Assembly (NCBI GenBank): GCA_964016885.1
Contig: OZ024745.1
Coordinates: forward strand, 120,714,001 to 120,778,000
Direction of reading: 5' to 3'
Length of the DNA: 64,000 bases
Source of the DNA: Eledone cirrhosa
Taxonomy: Eukaryota
Under the pieces are notes generated by a model, which did no database searches, had not been told where the DNA came from, and was given only the letters and a program-made list of their open reading frames with translations. This document shows, piece after piece, positions 25,890 through 39,155 of the stretch (within the stretch, counting starts at the first letter, position 1; each line of letters begins with the position of its first letter). The position numbers and the translations under genes were made by a program.

Positions 25890-28015
25890 AGCTGCATAGT
25901 CCCATTATGAGGGAGGCCTGGCCAGTTGGCTGCATTGATTTGAACCAATCGCAGCAGGAAGTATTTTTCTGCGATATACATATGACCATATCAACACTGC
26001 TACTTGGAGTCATTTACCATCCCCCAAATTACCATCAGGACACTCAACTTTGTGATATCCTCAGGGTTGCTGCCAGGAAAACAGCCACTTATGTTTTCAT
26101 TGCAGGGGACTTCTATCACCCTGAGATTGACTAGGAAACCTTTCGTTGGCTGCCAAATGCATATGACTTGCTTGAGCTAGTGCTGGACTTGAATTGGTCC
26201 CAAGCAGTCACCTCCCCAACAAGAGGTGACAACACTTTGGACCTACTCTTCATCACTACTCCTGAAACGGTTATTAGTGTTACTGCTGAGGAACCTTTAG
26301 GTGACTCTGATCATGCTATGATCATTGTCAATCTATCCCTCAAGGGCAGTAACAAAAACCACAACCATTTCCAAACTGCTTACTTTGACTGGAATAAAGC
26401 AGACTGGAACTGTTACTGCACCGAGTTGCAACGTCCAAACTGGCTTGAGTTCTACGACTCTGGAGATGTCAACACTGTACTCCAGAACATCCTGAGCTCA
26501 ATATGGACAGCATGTGCAGCATCGGTGCCACGTAAGCAGAAAAAACATCCCAAAAGTGCAATTAGGGAGACTGCAGCAGTCCGTCTTGCCAGAAAAGAAC
26601 GTCGTAATGCTGAATGTGAGTACAAACTGCATAAATCAGATATCAATAGGAAGAGACGAAATAAATCATCCAACCATCTCAAACAGGTGACAAAAAAGGC
26701 AGTGCTTCAATTTGAGCAGAGCATAGCAAACAGCCCTAACAGTAAGGTGTTCTGGAGGTATGTTCACTCAAAGCAGAGGCCTCACTCTCTAGTTGGTCCT
26801 CTTCACAATCCCCACACAAGCCAGGTTACTGACGACCCCAAGGAATGCGCAGAGCTTATTGCTGAATGCTATGCAGGCATTCTCATTATTGAAGACCAGA
26901 GTGTACCGTCTCCACCACCTATGACACCGGATTCTATTACAACCATGGAATTTACACCTGCAATGCTGCGACGTCACACAACCATGCCTCTCCTGGTCTT
27001 GATGGTGTTATGTACCTGCTTCTTAAACGTGGTGGGTACTTCCTTCTGCACCAGCTATCATGCTTCTTCCAATTCTGTCTGAACAACAGTGCTACTCCAG
27101 AACAGTGGAAAACTGCCTGTGTCATTCCTCTGTTCAAAAAGGGTGACCGCACATCACCCGTGAACTATCGTCCAGTCAGTCTTACTAGCTGCATTGCCAA
27201 ACTGATGGAATCCTGTGTCAGAGAAACACTTTGGAACTTCTGGAACTCTCACAGTCTTATCCGGCCCTTGCAATTTGGATTTATCCCTAACTCCAGCTGC
27301 TGTGATCAACTTATCGAGTTTCTTGAAGACATCACCTGGATCACTGATGGCGGCTCATGGGTGGATGTTGTTTACCTTGACTTCGCTAAAGCTTTCAATC
27401 TGTGCCACACAAAAGGCTTATGGTAAAACTCTCTGCAATGGGTGTGAAGGATGATCTTTTTAACTGGTTGAATGCCTTCATTCTCAGTCGAAGAGAGGTA
27501 GTCACGGTTCTGGGACAGCATTCCTCACCATATGAGATGTCATCTGGTGTACCACGGGGATCTGTTCTTGGCCCCCTTTTGTTTGTGGCATATATTAATG
27601 ACATAGATGCCAACTTAAAGAATGCCATAGTACTGAAATATGCAGATGACATCAAACTGTACCTTGAGATAAAAAGGACAGATCCTGAACACTATAGATC
27701 TTGCCTGCAATCTGACCTGGACACAATGCAACAATGGATCACAGACTGGCAACTCAAGCTAGCTGTGGACAAGTGCATCAGCATGTATTTTGGGAGAAAA
27801 AACCCAGCGTCCACATACTCCCTCCACAACACTAATATCAAGAAGTCCTCTTGTGAACGTGACCTGGGCATTACGGTCAGCAGCGATTTGCGTTGGACGA
27901 AGCACGTCTCTAAAATTGTTAAGAAGGCCGAAGGTGTCTTAGCATGACTCAGCAAGACCTTTGTTAGCCGCTCTCCAGCTATCTATTTAAAGCTGTACAT
28001 AGCTATGGTGACGCC
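25890..28015 (+). mobile_element. CR1-clade LINE ORF2 (APE endonuclease + RT), disrupted and 3'-truncated
   Basis: APE motifs GVIYHPP, AGDF.HPEID, PTRGDNTLDL, PLGDSDH. RT motifs WKTACVIPLFKKGDR..NYRPVSLTS, QFGF, DVVYLDFAKAF, SGVPRGSVLGPLLF, YADDIKL, ERDLGI. Split by stops and frameshifts. Confidence 0.93.
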
Positions 28016-28029
28016 CTCATTAACTTATT

Positions 28030-28400
28030 CAGGTTTCACCTGAAGAGGAAAATCAGGGTGGAGAGGGAAGTGCTGACCTCCAGCCAGTTTGTTGAAAGGT
28101 GGGTGAGAGAGGCAAGAATGGCTTGTGTGAATGGGTCTACCGTGAGCGTGTGCTTGTAGCATTGTAGGAGGAAAACTGGAAGAGGGCATTTGCCCTAGCG
28201 GTCAGGGTAACCGGGGCTTTTCTAGTGGGCTTTCTCCACGAGCAACCCTTGGAGGTCTCCCGTCTATTGGGAATTTTTCATTGTTTCCTTTTGTCACACT
28301 CTGTTTTTGTTTTTTTTACACGCAGAAATGCCCATTTGTACTGTCCTGTGTTGTCCTTAATGTTATACTTTGTGTCAACCCTTGTGGTTAATAAAGAAAG
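28030..28400 (+). mobile_element. Tx1/L1-like LINE 3' end
   Basis: LKRKIRVEREVLTSSQFVERWVR...stop resembles a Tx1/L1 ORF2 C-terminus. It is followed by a T-rich UTR ending CCCTTGTGGTTAATAAAGAAA. Confidence 0.55.
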
Positions 28401-28409
28401 CAGTACCAG

Positions 28410-29800
28410 TAATACACTAAGTATTGTCCTCTCTTCTACTTATCAACGCCTTTGTTTTAGCTATATTCACTCTTAGGCCTCTTGATTCCAACTGCTGTTT
28501 CCATAGCCAGAATTTATTCTCTAGCTCCTTTACTGATTCTGCTATAAGAACCAGATCATCAGCATAGAGAAGTTCCCATGGGCATCCAGTCTTAAACTCC
28601 TCCATTATCGCTTGGAGGACTATCATGAACAAGAGTGGGCTGAGGGCAGAACCTTGATGTACACCTACTTGTATCTGGAATTCCTCACTGAACTCCATTC
28701 CTATTCTCACTTTACTGACAGCACTCCTGTACATAGCTTGCACTGTCCTCACAAGCCATTCCTCTACACTTAGTTTCCTTAGGGACCACAAGATGACAGA
28801 TCGGGGTACCTTATCAAAGGCCTTCTCTAGGTCAACAAAAGCTAAGTATAGTGGCTTATTCTTCTCTAAGAACCTCTCTTGAGGTTGTACTTTTCCGAGG
28901 CACAAAACCAAACTGCATCTCATCTAAATTGACACTTTCTCTAATCAGTTACACTAATATTCTCTCTGCCACTTTTATAACCTGATCCATCAGCTTTATG
29001 CCCCTATAATTGCTCCTCTCTAGAGCATCCCCTTTAGCTTTGTAACAATTTATGAGAATACTACTGCACTAGTCTTTGGGTATGACACCACCATATATAG
29101 TTTGATTAATGATACGTGCAACTAGTTTAGTGCCTACTTCTCCTGAAGCCTTCAGCCTCTCAGCAACTATCCCCAACGGCCCAGCAGCCTTACCATTCTT
29201 CATTTCCTTAATTGCCTCTTGTACCCTATATTCGTCAATCTCAATAGCTGGTCCCTCTGTCGGGTCTACTGGGGGTAATTCCTCTCTGTCCTATTCGTTC
29301 TCTACATTCATCAGTCTCTCATAATGACATTTCCAGGCCTCCTTTTTCTGATCATTCGTGACACTAAGTACACCGGCATCATTCCGGACACATTTATCTC
29401 CAACAACATCCTGATTTGCACTGACACACTGCCTTGCAATGTGGAATACCACACGTCTCTGATCTTCCCGTTGCAGAACATTGGCAAACCTCCTACTCTC
29501 AGCCTCCCTGTGTGCTAAGTACACCTGACATCTAGCTTCTCTCTTAGCGGCTGTGTATCGTCTCTACTCCCACCATTTTTCCAAGCTTTCCATGCCAGTC
29601 TTTTGTCTCTAATGGCCCTATCTACCGTGATGTTCCACCACCAGGTCACTCTCTGTCTTGTTGAAGCTCTGCCCCAACCACAAGTTTCTTCAGTAGCCTG
29701 CAGTAAGTTGTCACGCAAGAAATTCCAATTATCATCTATGTCATTCAACTCTAAATCGTCTTCTTTTTCGTCATACGCATCTTGAAGGGCATTGCTAAAT
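28410..29800 (-). mobile_element. RTE-clade LINE RT, disrupted
   Basis: TWWWN..V..AI..K, YLAFVDLEKAFDKVPR, QVGVHQGSALSPLLF, LLYADDL, GLRVNIAKTK. Multiple frameshifts. Confidence 0.92.
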
Positions 29801-29987
29801 ATATATGTATGTAAAAGGTAAACAGAAATAACAACACAATCAGTATAGTATATGGAAGGGATATAATAGGTTAACTCCTGATATAGCAGGAAGAGGGTCG
29901 TAACGTTTCGGATGCTAGTCCTTCATCAGAAGAAAGAATGAGAAATAAGATAGATTGAGGGGACAAGCGGGTTGGAATTGGAAAAAA

Positions 29988-29990
<3 letters not shown>
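29800..29990 (-). mobile_element. Penelope-like element terminal (pLTR-type) segment carrying a hammerhead motif
   Basis: Contains a minimal hammerhead core, is bounded by (TA)n tracts, and is inverted relative to the adjacent GIY-YIG ORF. Confidence 0.6.
29898..29933 (-). ncRNA. Minimal hammerhead ribozyme motif (PLE type)
   Basis: TCTT-CTGATGA-A-GGA(CTAGCA)TCC-GAAACGTT-ACGA: conserved boxes, stem II, palindromic ACGT in place of stem III, and stem I with one mismatch. Confidence 0.7.
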
Positions 29991-31065
<1,075 letters not shown>

Positions 31066-31227
31066 TACGAACTATACGCGGATATTTTACGTCTTGATGT
31101 GGTAGCTAAGTATATGTTATGTTTATACCATTACTTATTCGTATAGGTAAGTATATATTACCTGTATGTTTTGTGAAGGGAACGTTTCTACGAACCAAAG
31201 TATTGTCTTCCTGTGTCTTCCTTCGGT

Positions 31228-31345
31228 TGCAACGTTTTTTGAAATATTTACTTCTGCGTTCACAGATTGACTTTTTTAGTTTCAGAAGATCCCGTTAAGG
31301 GTGAAAGCAGCGATTCTTTGCTTAAACTTTGTTATTTTAATAAAT
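31228..31345 (+). repeat. Dispersed repeat shared with the Helitron interior (56455-56578, minus)
   Basis: AAATATTTACTTCTGCG..CACAGATTGA..TTTTAGTTTCAGAAGATCCCGTTAAGGGTGAAAGCAGCGAT.CTTTGCTTAAACTTT is present in both places. Confidence 0.9.
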
Positions 31346-32069
31346 ATTTGCTCTACGGTTCTTATATATCTGATATATATTTATCCTTATCGAGCCCTTT
31401 TGGGATTTTAGTCTTCAAATTTATTATTATTACTATTATTACTATATATATAATATATATATATATCTTGCAAGCAGGGAAAAGCGGACGTAAAATGATG
31501 ATGATGATGATGATGATGATAATATATATAATATATATATATGTGTGTGTGTGTGTGTGTAGACATACATATCCAATGCTCTTATGTTCTTTTTCTGACC
31601 ATTCTTAAGTCTACCTCATTACACAATCTCCATTGTTTGCTCTGAAACAATTATCTGACAATCCATAAATATCTTCAGTACCACAAATTGAAATGGTTAT
31701 GTGATTTATAATTTGATGATGCAATCTATATTTGTCTGTCTTCTAGTTTCTTTAGACTATGTAGGCTTTCCTCTCTGCCGTTACCTTTCTTATCACCATC
31801 ATCTCTCTTTATCATTGCATACATACTGTTATACTTTTTTTTATCTAAGTATTTTCCTCTTCATACATAAGACTTCAACAATAGCAGACAAGAGAAAAAT
31901 TACTTTGAAATATTTCAGATTGATCTGTTCATAATTATTAAAGAATGGAAAGTCAGTTGATTATATTAGGTTGACAGTTATTGATTAATAAGTAGGATTA
32001 AAAATGAAAATCACGCTAAATAGAATTTAAAAAAAACATACCTAGTGTCATATAGAGATTTATGGTATA

Positions 32070-32419
32070 CAGTTGTCCCCCACCTTGGTATTTGCTGGGG
32101 GTTACCTTCCTAGAACACCCGCGAAGAGTGAAAAACCGAGAATATTGGACATGGTCCATAACAATGTCTATAAACATCAAAACATAATGTAAAATATAGG
32201 CCAGCAAATACAGTATATTGTTATTAATAATCTAGCGTTAAAAGGCGTGATAAAATATATATTCTCATGAAAAATGCTGTAAAAAAAATTACGGAAGATA
32301 TTAACGATTCCACGGATATGTGGTGGTTTCCACGAATAATTATTAATTAGATTCTAAGGAAGATTCCATGAATAACCGGGATTGCGAATGCCGAACCACA
32401 AATATGTGGGGGTACACTG
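32070..32419. mobile_element. Tc1/mariner-pogo (Tigger-like) MITE
   Basis: TA|CAGTTGTCCCCCAC...GTGGGGGTACACTG|TA: imperfect TIRs with TA flanks. Confidence 0.75.
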
Positions 32420-32424
32420 TAAAG

Positions 32425-32639
32425 CATGGTCAAAAATGGTTAAGAAGTTCACTCCACAATTATTAATTCTTGGGTTTGATTCCACTTTATAGCATCTTAT
32501 GCAAAAGTCATTAATTCAAAGGGCCACACATTGTGTCATACCAAATCTCCCTGAGAATTACGTTAAGGGAATACATGTCTTTGGAGTGTTCAACTTCAAG
32601 AACTGGCAGTTTTATTATTGATTGAACAACTAGAACACC

Positions 32640-32640
<1 letters not shown>
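32425..32640 (+). mobile_element. tRNA-derived SINE, family 2 (CORE-like)
   Basis: Shares AATTCAAAGGGCC...CCCTGAGAA.TACGTTAAGGG..ACATGTCT..GGAGTG.TCA with copies at 34528, 35340, 36570 and 43440. Confidence 0.7.
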
Positions 32641-32671
<31 letters not shown>

Positions 32672-32798
32672 CAATTATTATCATCATCATCATCATCATC
32701 ATCACAATCATCATCATCATCACAATCACTATCATCATCATCATCATCATCATCACAATCATCATCACAATCATCATCATCATCATCATCATCATCAC

Positions 32799-32836
<38 letters not shown>

Positions 32837-32857
32837 CAATCATCATCACATCACCAC

Positions 32858-32898
<41 letters not shown>

Positions 32899-32932
32899 CA
32901 ATCATCATTATCATCATCATCATCATCATCAT
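32640..32932. repeat. (CAT)n trinucleotide tract with CACAAT interruptions
   Basis: Direct observation. Confidence 0.95.
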
Positions 32933-32939
32933 TTTATGT

Positions 32940-33110
32940 TCTCAGTACAGCATCTCTCAACTTGTGTTCTTTTGTCATCTCCTTTGTGAACTTTAGCAAT
33001 CTGAGACCAGCTCTCTCTCACCACTTCTATCCAGATCTTCCTTGGTCTTCCTCTACTGCAGCTTCCTTCCATTGTGATTACTTGGCACTTCTTCGTGTCG
33101 AGATTCATTC
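32940..33110 (-). mobile_element. RTE LINE 3' fragment
   Basis: KKCQVITMEGSCSRGRPRKIWIEVVRE. Confidence 0.7.
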
Positions 33111-33480
33111 CATATATATATATGAAGAGTATCATGGTTTGTGTGAATTAGAAGTTTATATACACAAGGAAACAGTATATTTACATACAACACACCTTCT
33201 TTTGCTGACAATATATTAAAGACACCTGGATTTCCTTTCAGGAATGTTTATTGCAAACTAGAGATTGTGTTGTGGGATAGTTTATGGATGGATCTTATCT
33301 AAGTATATACAACATACACAGTGCAGAAACAGAGTAGAAGATGAGTGTTTAACCAAGAAAATAAACAAAACAAAAACATGTTTGAGGTTACAGAGGAAGT
33401 AATGGAAGTATAATAATAGCAGAGAGTGTAATAGCTTGATCAGCAGTGAATGAAGCAAAAAGAAAAGCTGAATGAAAGTA

Positions 33481-33605
<125 letters not shown>

Positions 33606-33964
33606 GTGAAAGGAGAGAAGATGAAAGATGTGTTGAAGGACTAGAAGAAAAGTGAGAAGAATAAGCTGAAATATTATGGTTGAGATGTGTGTGTGATGAC
33701 AGTGGGAAAGTTAACTATTATCACTTAGTGAAAGAAGTGAACTGTTAACATCAGTTGTGAATGAAGAATTTGTGTGGGATGAAAGTAGTTTACCTGAGGT
33801 AAATCCAGTAGAGAAAAACATCATTACAAATGATTAGTGACTTGGTAACTAAAGCAATTGTTGTGATGTAAAATAAGAAGATTATTCTTTATATATATAT
33901 ATATACCCTAAAGATGTACCATTAGACTTTTATGTTTCCATTGTTACTCATTGGAATTGTTTTC

Positions 33965-34185
33965 AGGAAAGATAGAATGCAGGGGATGAATTAATGCAAG
34001 AATTGTTGCAGTTGATGTAATAATGCACCAGCTTCAACACACAGCAGAAGAAGAGAGGTAGATGTAAAAGCCAAACTCAGTATCTTCAATTCAATATTCA
34101 TGCCTACTCTTACCTATGGTCATTAATCTTGGGTAATGAACGAAAGAATATGATGCGAATACAAGCAGCTGAAATGGGATATCAT
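33965..34185 (+). mobile_element. RTE (Rex3/Expander-like) fragment
   Basis: KAKLSIFNSIFMPTLTYGH*SWVM...IQAAEMG. Confidence 0.7.
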
Positions 34186-34364
34186 TGAGTATAATATTAA
34201 GTCAGGGCTGGATTTAATGGGGGGAGAGGTAGTGACAACCATAGCAATTTATTTGTGCGCTCTGCTGGGTTTTGGGTTTTATCCTATTGACGAGAACTAT
34301 ATTTTTAACAAAAAGTATTTAATGTCCTTACTGTGGCAAAATTCATCAAATTTTTGGAGACAAC

Positions 34365-34485
34365 AGGTTGTACTTTCTTTATTGACCCTAACATGAGGAA
34401 AGGCAAAGTGGACCTTGATGAGATTTGAACTCAGAAAGCAGAGTCCTGGAAGAGATATCTCATGCTCTAATGACTCTGATAAATT
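34365..34485 (-). mobile_element. SINE family 1, degenerate
   Basis: Minus strand CTGAGTTCAAATCTCATCAAGGTCCACTTTGCCTTTCCTC. Confidence 0.65.
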
Positions 34486-34527
34486 GATAAACAGTGTAGT
34501 TAATATATTAATATGGGTTGTGGATAG

Positions 34528-34815
34528 CATGTGGCTTAGTGGTTGGGGTGCTCTGCTTTCAATCATTAGGTCGTGAATTCGATTGTCAATGACATGTTGT
34601 ATCCTTGAACAAGACATTTTATTTCACATTGCTCCAGTCTTCTCATTTGGAAAAAATGAGTTCTGCCTGTAATTCAAAGGACCAGCGTTGTCACTCACTG
34701 TGTCATTCTGAATTCCCCTGAGAACTACATTGAGGTCACATATCTTTATGGAATACTCAACCATTTAATTGTTAATTTTATGATTAGACTGTTCCAGTGA
34801 TGAAACAACTTGAAC
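34528..34815 (+). mobile_element. SINE family 2 (CORE-like)
   Basis: A-box GTGGCTTAGTGGTT, B-box-like TTCGATT, then TCCTTGAACAAGACA.TTTATTTCACATTGCTCCAGT. Confidence 0.8.
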
Positions 34816-34854
34816 AGTTATTGTATTCTTGAGCAAGATATTTTCAATAAGACA

Positions 34855-35302
34855 TTTTTCAATTCAGTTTTCATATCAACCCTTACCTAGAGACATGGAT
34901 CTTTGGTAATGACTGAAAGAATACGATGATTGCAAGTGGTCGAAATGGGGTTCTTCAGAAGGGTTTTGGAGTAATGTTACTCAATAAAGTGTGTATCTCA
35001 GAGATCAGAGAGTCACTTCAGGTAGAGCTGCTACTTCTCTGAATTGAGAAATCAAAGCTCTAATACTATGGGCATGTGGTTTAGAATGTCTGGACATATT
35101 TTACAGGCAAAACCAGCCGGCAGGAGACACAGGGGTAGACCCTGAGCAAAATGGCTGCATAACATCCATGAGCTTGGCTGGTCTTGCTTGGGGATCCAGC
35201 TGGATCAGTTGGAGATGGTTGCTTCTGACAGGACCCACTGGAAGGAGTGTTTGAGGACTCTGCTCCCACAACCCTCTCAGGAATAAGTGGAAGAAGAAGA
35301 AG
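34855..35302 (+). mobile_element. RTE (Rex3/Expander-like) LINE 3' end
   Basis: VVEMGFFRRVFGVMLLNKV.ISEIRESLQVELLLL*IEKS...GRRHRGRP, with a (GAA)n tail. Homologous to 38465-38900. Confidence 0.85.
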
Positions 35303-35339
35303 TGTAGAGTATGTGTAATGTAAGTTGTGTTATTTCATT

Positions 35340-35572
35340 GATGGTTAGTGGTAGTCAGCTCACAATTATATAATCATGAGCTCAATTCCTGGACCAGGCA
35401 TCTTGTATCTTTCAGCAAGACACTTTATTTCACTTGCTCTAGTTCATTCAGTTTTACTAGGTTAAAGGTGTACATGTCTATGGAATTCTCAGCGACTTGC
35501 ATGTTAATTTTGTGATCAGGTTGTTTTAATGTATGAACAACTAGAACATTCATCATTGGAACTGATGGAGGT
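35340..35572 (+). mobile_element. SINE family 2, degenerate
   Basis: AGCAAGACACTTTATTTCAC...GGTGTACATGTCTATGGAA. Confidence 0.7.
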
Positions 35573-35623
35573 TGAACACATGAAATCTGAGATGGGATCT
35601 GCAATCTGTTTAGGGTGGTTTAA

Positions 35624-35844
35624 CCCTTTAACATTTACATTACTATATATCTACTACTATATTTTCAAGGTAAAGGTTTTATCTCATATAATTATTTCAC
35701 ATGGTATCAAATCTATGAGATTTTGATGATATTAATTTTGAGAACAATACCTTAACATCAGTATGAGAGGCTGGTTACAGCAGGTTTGAACAGAAAGAGG
35801 TGAGAGAATTCTGGCCAGATATGGCTGGTTTAAAAGCTAAAGGG
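35624..35844. mobile_element. TTAA-flanked MITE (piggyBac-like ends)
   Basis: TTAA|CCCTTTAACATTTA...TAAAAGCTAAAGGG|TTAA. Truncated copies at about 45125-45338 (opposite orientation) and about 47975-48120. Confidence 0.8.
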
Positions 35845-36413
35845 TTAATCTTATTGTTACAAAAGAAATAAACACTTATCTCAATCTGTTATATATTCTA
35901 GTTCAAATCATATGACCCAAATCTGCAGGCCTTTCTGCTTCCAAAACTCTAGCCATTCTTTTGTTCCCTTGCCAAAAGGATTTCTATCAACTTCGTAAAA
36001 TTCTACTACATATATCACATTTTAACTATGATTGCACTGTAAGCATTACTCTGAATAATTATGTGGTGAGAAAACAAATAATACTGTATGATTTTAGCGA
36101 CAGAGTCCATTTGGTTAATATAGAAATGGCTTCTACAAGACTAGAACTGTTTCATTTGAAATGAAAACGAAATCACGACTTCCGACACAATCATTGCTGA
36201 TAAAATGACAAGTCAGTCAATCATATCTTATAGATGAAGATTTCATATTAGCTGTGCATTTGGCTTTTGACTCCATATTGTTCATACTTGACAAAATTCC
36301 ACCAAATGCGTTCACTTCCTCTTCACCAGTCTCAATACCACCTACACTTACACAACAACTGCAAACACACTTCAAACCAACATTTTCAGTATATTCCAAA
36401 ACTAGCCCTTGTG

Positions 36414-36416
<3 letters not shown>

Positions 36417-36475
<59 letters not shown>

Positions 36476-36478
36476 CTC

Positions 36479-36557
<79 letters not shown>
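36417..36557. repeat. (CT)n microsatellite
   Basis: Direct observation. Confidence 0.97.
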
Positions 36558-36561
<4 letters not shown>

Positions 36562-36566
36562 ACATA

Positions 36567-36930
36567 GCATAGCCAGATGGTTAAGGAGTTCGCTTCATGA
36601 TCTTTAAGTCGCAGGTTCGATCCCAGCTCTTGCCATCTTGGACAAGTGTCATTTACCCATAGCCTCAGATTGACCCATGCCTTGTCAGTGAAAATGAATA
36701 GATGGTAACTTCTTGAAAGCCTGTTGAATGGACTGTACCTGTAATTCAATGGTCCAGCCTTGTCACACACTGTGTCACACTGATGGCACATGACCTTATC
36801 ACACACTGTATTATACTGAACCTTCACGTATCTGTGGAATGCACAGCTACTTGCATATTAATTCCCCAAACAGGCTGTTCCATTATTCAGACAATTAGGC
36901 CACTTATCATCCCATTCAACCAATGGAGGT
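36567..36930 (+). mobile_element. tRNA-derived SINE (family 2-related, composite)
   Basis: A-box TAGCCAGATGGTTAAG, B-box GGTTCGATCCC, CORE-like CTTGGACAAGTGTC, then GTACCTGTAATTCAATGGTCCAGCCTTGTCACAC. Confidence 0.75.
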
Positions 36931-37316
36931 TCAACAACAGCTTGCTGTCACTTCTAACATTATCCTATGGAGATTAAATCACTTTTTACTCTTTCTGAAC
37001 TACACAGCTGTCATCCAAAGGGACATGAACATTAACTGCTCTTCCCCAACTTTGACAAAAACATTTAAAAAATAGAAAATTGAATATATTAAAAGGAAGT
37101 AGTTAGATATATCTATTTCACATGTATTTTATTATATATTATTCCTCCCTGATAGCAACACATTGATATTTCCTATGACCCCCCCCCTCCCTCTCTCTCT
37201 CTCTCTCTCTTCATTTTCACTTTTATCCCTTAAGAAAAAGTTGGGAAAGACATTAAACCCTTTCATTCCCATATTTCTAATGAAATACCCGGCCAATACT
37301 TTTTAAAATAATCCAG

Positions 37317-38420
37317 AGTGTCATATGCCATCTCCAGTTCGACAAGACAAGAATATACCTCTTGGCAATACTCTCACGATATCTCGAATACCTGCCACAG
37401 TGTGAATATTTGGTTGGCTGTACTGCATCTGTGGTGAAAACCGCATTGTTCCTCAGCTAGCTTGGACTCAACAATCTCCCTGCATCTCTTTGCCAGACAC
37501 TTAACATATACTTTACCAAGAAGGCTTAACAAGGCGATCCCTCTGTAATTGGAACAATTTCTCTTGTCTCCCTTTTTAAAACTCGGGATTATCTCTACTA
37601 TCTGAATACATGATCCTGACTTCCTTATCCACCAATGCTTCCCATTTTATGCTGTAGGTTGCACTGGATCTGCCAGTTTTGTGGGCTTCTTTGGCTTTAG
37701 GTAGTCTCAAGTTGCAGATAACTAGATGGTGATCAGTTGACAACTCAGCCCCTCTCTTAACACGTACATCCAGCACAGAATTAAAGAGATCAGAGACAAT
37801 AACAAATTCACTTATTGATCTTTGTCTCTGATTCCTCTTATACTATATATATTTATAGATGTCTCTGTGCTGGAAGGTGCTCATAATAGAGAGTCCATTG
37901 CTAAAACTGAAGTCTAGCAAGGCCTTTCCATTCGTATTTAGATTGGGGTCACCATTCCTTCCAATCACTCCTTTCCATGTCAGGTGGTCAGTGCCAACAT
38001 GTGCAATGAAGTCTCCCATCAGGATATATGACTCAGTCTTAACTACTTCTAACACTGCAGTAACATCATCAAAGAAGGATCTGTATTTAGACTCCTTGTT
38101 TAGTGTATAAACTTGCACCACCCACTAAGACTTATTTTCAGCCGAAGCTTCAAGAGGCAAATCCTCTCTCCTAACGGGATCCAGTCCATAACACATACTG
38201 ACAGCCGGGGGCTTGTGAGTGTCCCCACTCCCGCCTGTGTAGTCATTTCTTGTGCCACACCTGAATAGTGGAATTTCCATCCTCCATCCAAATCTACGGA
38301 ACTTTGTTGAGGAAACCCCCGACTATATCTAGTTGGTAGCATCTAGCCTTCTCCACTAGTTCCTGCTCCTTGCCTGTAAGGGTAATTATGTTCCAGATTC
38401 CAATTGTCAAAGATTGACAT
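37317..38420 (-). mobile_element. RTE (Rex3/Expander-like) LINE 5' part: APE domain and start of RT, internally deleted
   Basis: WNIITLTGKEQEL, GWKFHYSGV, LMGDFIAHVG, RGAELSTDHHLV, then GDKRNCSNYRGIALLSLLGKVY...EEQCGF...ELEMAYD. Confidence 0.88.
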
Positions 38421-38464
38421 TCGGTAATTAGGAGTGAGGTAGGCATAAAAGCCAAATTTGCTAT

Positions 38465-38900
38465 CTTCAGTTCGGTATTTGTGTCAACCCTTACCTAGGG
38501 TCAGGAATCTTGGGTAATGAAAGAATACTATCACGAATATAAGTGGTCGAAATGGGGTTCCTCTGAAGGGTCTTTGGAGTAACACTACTCAACAGAGTGC
38601 ATAGCTCTGAGATCAGAGAGTCACTCCAGGTAGAATCACTACTTCTCCGAATTGAGAGATCACAGCTCTGAAACTATGGGCATGGGGTTAGAATGTCTCA
38701 GGAAAGAATTGCTGGATATATTTTACGGGCAACACCAACTGGCAGGAGACCCAGGGGTAGACCCCGAGCAAGATGGTTGGATAACATCCAATAGCTTGGC
38801 TGGTCTCGCTTGGGGATCCAGCTGCATCAATTGGAAATGGTTGCTTCTGACCCGCTGGAAGGAGTGTTTGAGGACTCTGTCCCATGACCCTTGCAGGAAA
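38465..38900 (+). mobile_element. RTE (Rex3/Expander-like) LINE 3' part
   Basis: EMGFL*RVFGVTLLNRVHSSEIRESLQVESLLLRIERSQL...PTGRRPRGRPRARWLDNI. Confidence 0.88.
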
Positions 38901-38952
38901 GGTTTAGCATTATAACTATATAACTAACTTTTTTGTTAGCAAGTTGGTATTT

Positions 38953-39155
38953 AAGGCAGTATTGGTAGAGTAGTGAACAACATGCTTTGTGGCATATAGT
39001 TACAAGCCTTTACATTCTGAGTTCAAATCCCAGCAAGGTTAGCCTTTACCTTTTACCTTTTAGGGTCAATAAAATATAGTCCCAGTAAAGCACTGTAGTT
39101 ACTATAATTGACTTTCCTCTCCCTCTAAAATTGTTAGCCTTGTGCTTGAAACATT
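38953..39155 (+). mobile_element. SINE family 1, degenerate
   Basis: TTCTGAGTTCAAATCCCAGCAAGGTTAGCCTTT...GCCTTGTGC. Confidence 0.7.

Noticed and set aside
31282-31316. Functional hammerhead at CAGAAGATCCC...GGGTGAAA
   Set aside because: Both copies have CAGA rather than CUGA and lack a convincing stem I or III. Kept only as a shared repeat.
36217-36827. ER/SL, poly-His, poly-Met, poly-Ser and YI repeat ORFs here and at 1874, 29915, 32511, 33450, 46989 and 51057
   Set aside because: These are translations of microsatellites.
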